The notes beneath the pieces are model-generated. The model was not told where the DNA came from. It saw only the letters and a list, made by a program, of their open reading frames with translations, and did not search any database. From assembly GCA_026387835.1 (NCBI GenBank), contig JAPLKZ010000007.1, positions 95,284 through 127,283 of the forward strand: 32,000 bases of DNA, given 5' to 3'. Positions 13,095 through 19,909 of the stretch are shown in pieces. A program made the translations under genes and the position numbers. The first letter of the stretch is position 1. Every line of letters begins with the position of its first letter. Source of the DNA: Candidatus Saganbacteria bacterium (GTDB taxonomy: Bacteria > Margulisbacteria > WOR-1 > JAKLHX01).

Positions 13095-13511
13095 ATGGAA
13101 AACATAAAAGCCCATTTATTACTGGCGCTGAAATTGATAATGGACGCGGTCTCGATCGCGGCGGCATATGTCCTGTCATATTATATAAAATTCGGTTTCT
13201 CGTCTAATCCGGACAAATTCATATCAACATACCTGAAATACCTGTTTTTTTTGATAATTATGTGGCTGGTCATCCTTAATCTTCTCGGATTGTTCAAGCC
13301 CTACGGCCAGCAAACATCCTGGCTGAATAAACTTAAGATCATAGTGATCGCCGGAATAATATCCACAGCGCTTAATTATCTCGTGGTCTGGTTTTTTTAT
13401 AAAGAAGCGATCTTTTCGCTGTCTGTCATACTGCTCGGCTCAATAATATCGGCCGTTCTTTTGACGGCGACTTCTTTCGTCATCCACATATTTTCTTCAA
13501 AGCTGCATTAG
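13095..13511 (+). CDS. Small integral membrane protein, about 4 TM helices; stand-alone module resembling the N-terminal region of CapD/WcaJ-type proteins
   Basis: 138 aa, mostly hydrophobic: LLLALKLIMDAVSIAAAYVLSYYIKFGF...YLKYLFFLIIMWLVILNLLGLFKPY...IIVIAGIISTALNYLVVWFFYKEA; begins 4 bp after the upstream stop. Confidence 0.75.
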   Translation: MENIKAHLLLALKLIMDAVSIAAAYVLSYYIKFGFSSNPDKFISTYLKYLFFLIIMWLVILNLLGLFKPYGQQTSWLNKLKIIVIAGIISTALNYLVVWFFYKEAIFSLSVILLGSIISAVLLTATSFVIHIFSSKLH

Positions 13512-13522
13512 GACCATATGTT

Positions 13523-14641
13523 ATGCGCATAGCCATTAATGCGGGTCTCTTGTCGGAGCGGGCCTTCGGCATCAGGACATATCTGGAGAACCTTGTCAGG
13601 GCGCTTCTTGTAATCGACGGCAAGAACCGGTATTTCCTGCTGGCAGGCGGTGATGATATCGCGCGTCCGGCCGGCAATGCAAGCGTGGTAAAGCCCGCCT
13701 GGGCATTAAACAATTATTTTTTGCGCAACCTGTGGGAGCAGACAGCGCTGCCGCTCCTGCTTGACAGGATCTCACCCGATATATTCCACAGTCCCGACCA
13801 TATACTGCCGCTGATGCCGGCAAAAGGAAGAAAGGTCATAACCGTCCACGACCTGGCTTTTTTCAGGCTGCCGGGCGCTTATTCGTTAAGAAAAAGGGCC
13901 TTCAAGCATCTGATAACGCCGGTAACGGTCAGGCGGGCCGACAGGATCATCGCGGATTCGGATAACACTAAGAAGGATATCATCGAATATTTCGGGACGG
14001 ACCCGGAAAAGATCGACGTGATCCATCTCGGGGTCGGGGAAGAGTTCAAGGTCATCAGTGATGAGGCGGCGCTGGGGCGCGCGCGCGAAAAATACGGACT
14101 GAACAGACCGTTCATCATGTTCGTCGGCACGATCGAGCCCAGAAAGAACATCAAAAGGCTGGTGGAAGCTTTTATTTCAGCCGTGAAAGACAAAAAGATA
14201 AGCGAAGACCTTGTCATAGTCGGCAATAATGGCTGGCTGTTTAAAGATATCCTCAGTTTCATAAAAGAACAGGGCATGGGAAGGGTGAAGATCATTGATT
14301 CTATGCGGCAGGAAGACCTTCCTCTGGTCTATAACTGCGCCGAACTTTTCATCTATCCGTCGCTTTACGAAGGATTCGGGCTGCCTCCGCTTGAGGCGAT
14401 GGCGTGTGGCGTGCCGACAGTAACATCAAACACTTCCTCTTTGCCGGAGGTCGTAGGCGACGCCGCGATCAAGGTGAACCCGTGCAATACGGGCAATATT
14501 TCAGACGCGATAGTCCAGGTGCTATCGGACCCTCGGATCAAAAAGAGCCTGTCGGAAAAAGGGCTCGAGAGGGCAAAGCTGTTCACATGGGAAGCCGCGG
14601 CAAGACGGACAATAGCAACTTATGAAAAGGTTTTAAGATGA
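13523..14641 (+). CDS. Glycosyltransferase family 4 (mannosyltransferase-like)
   Basis: MRIAINAGLLSERAFGIRTYLENLVRALL...VHDLAFFRLPGAYS...RADRIIADSDNTKKDIIEYFG...VGTIEPRKNIKRLVEAF...YPSLYEGFGLPPLEAMACGVPTVTSNTSSLPEVVGDAAI. Confidence 0.95.
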   Translation: MRIAINAGLLSERAFGIRTYLENLVRALLVIDGKNRYFLLAGGDDIARPAGNASVVKPAWALNNYFLRNLWEQTALPLLLDRISPDIFHSPDHILPLMPAKGRKVITVHDLAFFRLPGAYSLRKRAFKHLITPVTVRRADRIIADSDNTKKDIIEYFGTDPEKIDVIHLGVGEEFKVISDEAALGRAREKYGLNRPFIMFVGTIEPRKNIKRLVEAFISAVKDKKISEDLVIVGNNGWLFKDILSFIKEQGMGRVKIIDSMRQEDLPLVYNCAELFIYPSLYEGFGLPPLEAMACGVPTVTSNTSSLPEVVGDAAIKVNPCNTGNISDAIVQVLSDPRIKKSLSEKGLERAKLFTWEAAARRTIATYEKVLR

Positions 14642-15735
14642 CGATGAAAGTCGCGTTGGTCCATGACTGGCTGACGGGTATGGGCGGCGCGGAAAGGGTC
14701 CTGGAGGACCTGTGCGGGATCTTTCCGGAAGCTCCGGTATATACTTCCGTCTGCGATAAAGACAGACTTTCCGATACTCTGAGAAAAAAAGATATAAGGA
14801 CATCGTTCATCCAAAAACTCCCTTTCGCAAAGCAAAGATACAGGGATTATCTGCCCCTGATGCCTTTTGCTTTTGAAAGTTTTGATCTGAAAGGATATGA
14901 TCTGGTCATATCTTCCTCGCATGCCTGCGCCAAGGGTGTGATGACCGGGCCGAACACCTGCCATATCTGCTACTGCTATACGCCCATGAGATACGCGTGG
15001 GACATGTACCATGAATACCTGAGGTTCGAAAAAGTCAGGGGTTTAAAGAGGCTGCTTGCCCCCCTGGCGATGCTGTACTTAAGGACATGGGACAGGATAA
15101 GCTCTAAAAGAGCGGACCATTTCATAGCGATCTCCGATTTTGTCGCCGGGCGGATAAAAAAATATTACGGAAGGGAAAGTACGGTGATATATCCTCCGAT
15201 CGACGCGTCAAAGTTCAAACCGGCCGCGGGGACAGGCGGTTACTATCTCGCGGTCTCGCGCCTTGTACCGCAAAAAAGGACAGATATCGTCATCGAAGCT
15301 TTCAACAAACTCGGGTATCCGCTTAAAGTCATCGGAACGGGGCGGGATATGGCGGACCTGAAAGCTATCGCGGGTCCGAGCGTGGAAATGCTTGGTTTTG
15401 TAAGTGACCCCGAGCTGGCAGAATATCTGTCGGGGTGCAAAGCCCTGGTATTTGCCAGCCATGAAGATTTTGGCATCGTTCCTCTGGAGGCCCAGGCTTC
15501 GGGCAGGCCGGCGATAGTTTACGGTAAAGGCGGCGCAGGCGAGACCATCATTCCCGGTAAAACAGGTATAATATTTGAAGAGCAGACTCCAGGATCGATA
15601 ATCGATGCCGTGAAGAAATTTGAAAAGATGTCGTTTGACAGTGCAGCGATAAGAAAACATGCGGAAGATTATGATAAAGAGATATTTAAGAGGAAAATAA
15701 TAGAATTTGTTGAGGAGAAGATGGGGTGTAGGTAG
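14638..15735 (+). CDS. Glycosyltransferase family 4 (WbaZ-like)
   Basis: MKVALVHDWLTGMGGAERVLEDLCGIFP...HICYCYTPMRYAWDMYHEY...DHFIAISDFVAGRIKKYYGRESTVIYPPID...KALVFASHEDFGIVPLEAQASGRPAIVYGKGGAGETI. Confidence 0.93.
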   Translation: MTMKVALVHDWLTGMGGAERVLEDLCGIFPEAPVYTSVCDKDRLSDTLRKKDIRTSFIQKLPFAKQRYRDYLPLMPFAFESFDLKGYDLVISSSHACAKGVMTGPNTCHICYCYTPMRYAWDMYHEYLRFEKVRGLKRLLAPLAMLYLRTWDRISSKRADHFIAISDFVAGRIKKYYGRESTVIYPPIDASKFKPAAGTGGYYLAVSRLVPQKRTDIVIEAFNKLGYPLKVIGTGRDMADLKAIAGPSVEMLGFVSDPELAEYLSGCKALVFASHEDFGIVPLEAQASGRPAIVYGKGGAGETIIPGKTGIIFEEQTPGSIIDAVKKFEKMSFDSAAIRKHAEDYDKEIFKRKIIEFVEEKMGCR

Positions 15736-15849
15736 CCCTCACCCTTCCCTCTCCCAGAGGGAGAGGGCGTATTAGAATATGCAAATGGAATTATTCAATA
15801 AGCAATTGTTAACTCCCCCTCTCCCTACGGGAGAGGGTTGGGGTGAGGG
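15736..15849. repeat. BIME/MITE-like palindromic repeat, copy 1 (two arms)
   Basis: Outer TIR CCCTCACCC (15736-15744) / GGGTGAGGG (15841-15849). Left hairpin CCCTCTCCC-AGA-GGGAGAGGG (15747-15767); right hairpin CCCTCTCCC-TAC-GGGAGAGGG (15817-15837). AT-rich core of about 49 bp. Confidence 0.9.
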
Positions 15850-15867
15850 TCAAGAAAGGTAAATTTC

Positions 15868-17241
15868 ATGAACAGAAGAGGCTTTTTATTCAACCTGTTC
15901 GTAATATCCTGCGATGTCCTGATAATAATCTTTTCTTTCAGCGCGGGCCATTATCTGAAACAGGGTTTTCATATCCCTTTCGAGATGCTGGTGATCCAGA
16001 ACTCAAGGCTTCTGATATTCGCGGTATTTACGGTGCTTGTTTTTTTTAACCTGCTCTCCGTCTATTCCACATCGGTCAAGAGGTCCGAGTTTGACGAGGC
16101 TAGCGCGGTGGCTGCCGGCCTTACGCTCAGCATGGTCTTCTTTGAATTCATGACCATCTTTTACAGGGACCTTATCTTCAAAAGACTGATCATCTTCTAC
16201 GCCTGGCTGATCTCGATGGTCCTTATCGGAGCGGTCCATGTCGGTATAATAATCATCCAGAAAAAGGTCTTCAGCAGAGGCATAGGCATCCTCAGGATCA
16301 TGATCATCGGGCACGAGGAGGAACGGAAGCTGATATCGCAGAAGATAAAGGATCATCCGGAGATGGGGCTGCGCGCAGCGCATTCCATGGGCCCTGTAGA
16401 AGCCCTGTCAAACGCCATTGACCTGAGAAAAATATTCCGGCAGAACAGGATAAATAAGGTGATCTTTTCCGTGCCGGACGCTTCCAACGGGCAGATACTG
16501 GCCCTGATAGAAAAATGCGAGCTTGAGAAAGTGGAGTTCCAGTTCGTTCCCAGAGTGCTGGACATAATCGAATCAAGGATCAGCTCGGATGAGATAATAG
16601 GGATCCCCCTGATATCCGTCAGGGAGATAAAGCTGTACGGCGCCAATGCTTTCATCAAAAGGTGTTCGGACATCATCCTTTCAATAGTATTAGGCGCGGT
16701 ATTTTTCCCCGCGATGTTCATCATAGCGGTCCTGATAAAACTCGGCTCAAAAGGTCCCGTCTTTTACATGCAGAAAAGAGTGGGACGCGAAGGCAAAGAG
16801 TTCAAGATGTTCAAGTTCAGGTCGATGGTTATCGGTGCCGAAAAAGAGCTGGACAAGATCGCGCACAGGAACGAGGCGGACGGCCATATTTTCAAGATAA
16901 AGGACGATCCCAGGACCACAAGGATCGGAAAAGCGCTCCGCAGGTCAAGCCTTGATGAACTGCCGCAGATAATAAATGTCATCAGGGGGGAGATGAGCTT
17001 TGTAGGACCGCGGCCTCCGCTGCCGGATGAGGTGCAAAGATACAGCTCCTGGCACAAAAAACGGCTGCGCATAGCCCCAGGCCTCACCGGACTGTGGCAG
17101 GTGAGCGGAAGGAGCGGCCTGTCATTTGAGGACATGGTAAAGCTCGACATATTCTATATCGAGAACTGGTCCCTCTGGCTTGACGTAAAGATAATATTTA
17201 AGACGGTAGCCGTTGTCATGACCTCAAAGGGGGCGTACTGA
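15868..17241 (+). CDS. Undecaprenyl-phosphate sugar phosphotransferase (WcaJ/WbaP-type monotopic PGT)
   Basis: N-terminal 4-TM region and CoA-binding-like domain, then KRCSDIILSIV...GPVFYMQKRVGREGKEFKMFKFRSM...RRSSLDELPQIINVIRGEMSFVGPRPPLPDEV...APGLTGLWQVSGRSGLSFEDMVKLDIFYIENWSLWLDVKIIFKT. Confidence 0.96.
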   Translation: MNRRGFLFNLFVISCDVLIIIFSFSAGHYLKQGFHIPFEMLVIQNSRLLIFAVFTVLVFFNLLSVYSTSVKRSEFDEASAVAAGLTLSMVFFEFMTIFYRDLIFKRLIIFYAWLISMVLIGAVHVGIIIIQKKVFSRGIGILRIMIIGHEEERKLISQKIKDHPEMGLRAAHSMGPVEALSNAIDLRKIFRQNRINKVIFSVPDASNGQILALIEKCELEKVEFQFVPRVLDIIESRISSDEIIGIPLISVREIKLYGANAFIKRCSDIILSIVLGAVFFPAMFIIAVLIKLGSKGPVFYMQKRVGREGKEFKMFKFRSMVIGAEKELDKIAHRNEADGHIFKIKDDPRTTRIGKALRRSSLDELPQIINVIRGEMSFVGPRPPLPDEVQRYSSWHKKRLRIAPGLTGLWQVSGRSGLSFEDMVKLDIFYIENWSLWLDVKIIFKTVAVVMTSKGAY

Positions 17242-17243
17242 AC

Positions 17244-18986
17244 ATGGATATAAGGCACCTGATCTCGATGCTGCAGAAAAGATATGTTTTATTCCTCGCG
17301 GTGTTCGTATCCGTCCTGGCGCTTGGGATCATTGTCTCTTTTGTCGCGCGGCCCTCGTACCTGGCGACCTCAAAACTGATAGCGATGAGCGGGGACCTGC
17401 CGGTACTGTCGGATACTACGGTAAAACTGAACATTCCCAGGAGCAGCCTGATCGACTCGCAGATAGAGATGATAAAGGACAACGCGGTGATAAACGAGGT
17501 GATAAAGGAACTGGATATCAGGAACGTTACGGGAGACCTCGTCAGATCGGCCGATCTTCTGTCGCGTCTGAGCGTTCAGCAGCTGGAAGACACCGATATA
17601 ATACAGATAAAAGTACGGTCGCAGGACCCTGTCGAGGCGGCAAATATTGCGAATTCGGCCGCAAGGCAGTTCGTCAAGTGGACGCAGAAAATAGACAGGA
17701 TACAGGACGAATATACCGGCAGGTACATCGAAGAAAGCCTGAAGCAGATAAAATACAGGCAGTTCCTTCTGAGCAGGAAGATCACTGATCTGAAGAATAA
17801 AAAACTTATGTACCCCGTGCCGGAAGACCTGCATGAAGAAATACTCAAGCAGATCGAGCTTGAGGTCGAAAAAGCAAAAATAAACATGATATTGAAAGAG
17901 GAACAGTTAAGGCTGTTCATCACGGAAAACAATGATATCGTGAACACCCTCAAGAACAGGATACAGTTCCTTGACCGCGGCATAAGCGGCTTTGCGTCAA
18001 AGATCTCGCGGCTGCCCACAGGCGAGGCGGCCGGCGTGACGACCGAAAAAGAAGAAAAAGTGCTGAACAGCCTTTATGCCATGTTCTTCCAGAAAGGCAG
18101 CGAGCTGAAAGTATCGCAGGCGCTGAAGCAGGGAGGGGCGCGGATAATCTCTTATGCGGGGGCGGCTTCTTCGCAGCAAAGGCCGAGAAAAATATTCGTG
18201 TTTTTCGCGGGATTGATGCTTGCTTTTATTGTATCAGCGGGGACCGTATTTATGGCGGAGTATCTTGACCACTGCGTCAAGACGGGCGAAGAAGTCCGCA
18301 ACATCCTCAAGGTCCCGTTGATATGCGAGATACCTTTTAAAAAACCGGACGGGATGCGGTCCGCTATGAGCGCCGCAAAAAAAGACGCTGCGCTGAAGCA
18401 GGAAATATCCCGCCTCGCCGACTATCTTGACAGGAAGTTCGATGTCCTGAAAAAGACGGTCATCTTTTCGGGGGTGCCTGCCGATAAAGGCAAGGCTTTT
18501 GCCGCATTGAACCTTGCTGTGTCCGTCTCGCAAAGCGGCAGGAACGTCCTTGTCATCGATGCCGACAGTTCTTATCCCTGCGCCGATACGGTATTTGCCG
18601 TCAAATCGCTGCCCGGCCTGGGGGAAGTCATGTCAGGCGAAAAAGAGATCGGGCCCGAAGTCATAAGAAGCATTGAAAAAAACCTTTCCGTAATGACCTC
18701 AGGGGCTCCGGCAAAAGAGGAGCCGGGCCTGTTCGACCAGGAAAAAGTCAGGAACATACTCATGAGACTTAAAGAGGACTTTGACGAGGTGATCATCATC
18801 GGCCCGTGCCTTAAAGAAAAAATGGCGCTGATGAACCTGTTCCGGTTCGCGGAGGCCAACGTATTTGTGGTATCCCACGGGCATGCCCTGAGAGAGCAGG
18901 TCAGGGAGGCGTTCGAAATAGTTTCGACAGCCGGGGCAAAGACCGCGGGCGTTGTGTTCTCTCACGTAATATTCCCAAAAGCATAG
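17244..18986 (+). CDS. Polysaccharide co-polymerase (Wzz domain) fused to a BY-kinase-like P-loop domain with degenerate motifs
   Basis: Wzz-like N-terminus with TM1 (MLQKRYVLFLAVFVSVLALGIIVSF), coiled-coil region, TM2 (KIFVFFAGLMLAFIVSAGTVFMAEYLD), then ...KTVIFSGVPADKGKAFAALNLAVSVSQSGRNVLVIDADSSYP...DEVIIIGPCL. Confidence 0.9.
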   Translation: MDIRHLISMLQKRYVLFLAVFVSVLALGIIVSFVARPSYLATSKLIAMSGDLPVLSDTTVKLNIPRSSLIDSQIEMIKDNAVINEVIKELDIRNVTGDLVRSADLLSRLSVQQLEDTDIIQIKVRSQDPVEAANIANSAARQFVKWTQKIDRIQDEYTGRYIEESLKQIKYRQFLLSRKITDLKNKKLMYPVPEDLHEEILKQIELEVEKAKINMILKEEQLRLFITENNDIVNTLKNRIQFLDRGISGFASKISRLPTGEAAGVTTEKEEKVLNSLYAMFFQKGSELKVSQALKQGGARIISYAGAASSQQRPRKIFVFFAGLMLAFIVSAGTVFMAEYLDHCVKTGEEVRNILKVPLICEIPFKKPDGMRSAMSAAKKDAALKQEISRLADYLDRKFDVLKKTVIFSGVPADKGKAFAALNLAVSVSQSGRNVLVIDADSSYPCADTVFAVKSLPGLGEVMSGEKEIGPEVIRSIEKNLSVMTSGAPAKEEPGLFDQEKVRNILMRLKEDFDEVIIIGPCLKEKMALMNLFRFAEANVFVVSHGHALREQVREAFEIVSTAGAKTAGVVFSHVIFPKA

Positions 18987-19000
18987 GAGATTTGAGGGGC

Positions 19001-19909
19001 ATGATAAAAGCGGGCGTCATAGGGACGGGTTTTATGGGGGAACTTCACTGCAAGGCCTACAGCGCGGCCAGTGAGGCGGACCTCGCTGGAATTTTTGATA
19101 CGGATAATAAAAGGGCTGCGGAGATCGCGGAGAAATATAAAACGGTCCCTTTCAGCGATCCGGAAAAGTTCCTGGAAGCGGTGGATATCGCAAGCATAGC
19201 CGTCCCGACAGTGCTTCACTTCAGATACGCAAAGATGTGCGCCGAAAAAAAAGTCCATACTCTCATAGAAAAACCGATAACCGCCACGACGCAGGAAGCC
19301 GGGGAGCTTATGAGATTGATCGACGCCTCGAACACAATATCCGCGGTAGGCTACATCGAGAGGTTCAACCCGGCCGTGACAGAACTTTTTAAAGCGCTGA
19401 AAGGAAAGAAAGTATTGTCCATAAAAGCATCAAGGCACGCGCCGCCTGCCGGGAGGGCGAACGACGTGAGCGTCGTGATAGACCTGATGCTCCATGACCT
19501 TGACATCGTCCTGAATATTGCAGGGTCAAGGCCGGTTGGCGTTGCGTCAAGAGGCGGAAAAGCAGGAGGCGAGGTCCTGAGTTCCGTAGATGCGGACATC
19601 ATCTTTGAGAACGCTGTAACAGCTGAACTTTCGGCCAGCAAAATAGCGCCCGAAAAATCGAGAACGATAGAGATCAAATGCGAGGACTGCGAGATCAATG
19701 CCGATCTGATAAAAAGGAATGTGACCGTAAGCAGGAACGGTTCTATCGTCGAAACGACACAAGCAAGAGGGGAAGAGCCGATAAAGGCGGAAGTGAATGA
19801 CTTTATCGAAAGCGTGATACTGCGCAGGAAGCCGGCCGTGAGTGCGAGGGATTCCCTGAATTCTTTTTATCTTGCGGCAGAAATAGAAAAAAAGTGCGTG
19901 CTATCTTAA
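19001..19909 (+). CDS. Gfo/Idh/MocA-family oxidoreductase (possibly a UDP-GlcNAc 3-dehydrogenase-like enzyme)
   Basis: MIKAGVIGTGFMGELHCKAYSAASEADLAGIFD...AVPTVLHFRYAKMCAEKKVHTLIEKPITAT...GYIERFNPA...DLMLHDLDIVL. The ATG at 19001 is preferred over the upstream TTG at 18992. Confidence 0.88.
   Translation: MIKAGVIGTGFMGELHCKAYSAASEADLAGIFDTDNKRAAEIAEKYKTVPFSDPEKFLEAVDIASIAVPTVLHFRYAKMCAEKKVHTLIEKPITATTQEAGELMRLIDASNTISAVGYIERFNPAVTELFKALKGKKVLSIKASRHAPPAGRANDVSVVIDLMLHDLDIVLNIAGSRPVGVASRGGKAGGEVLSSVDADIIFENAVTAELSASKIAPEKSRTIEIKCEDCEINADLIKRNVTVSRNGSIVETTQARGEEPIKAEVNDFIESVILRRKPAVSARDSLNSFYLAAEIEKKCVLS

Noticed and set aside
11843-13179. Long antisense ORFs (282 and 409 aa) opposite the CapD/WbpM-type gene
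   Set aside because: They are shadow frames of a strongly conserved enzyme. The translations are Ser/Pro-rich with no recognisable domain, signal or RBS.
15736-15849. Interpretation of the palindromic repeat as a CRISPR or simple terminator
   Set aside because: There are no regularly spaced direct repeats with spacers. The hairpins lack a following U-run, and similar arms occur at unrelated sites.
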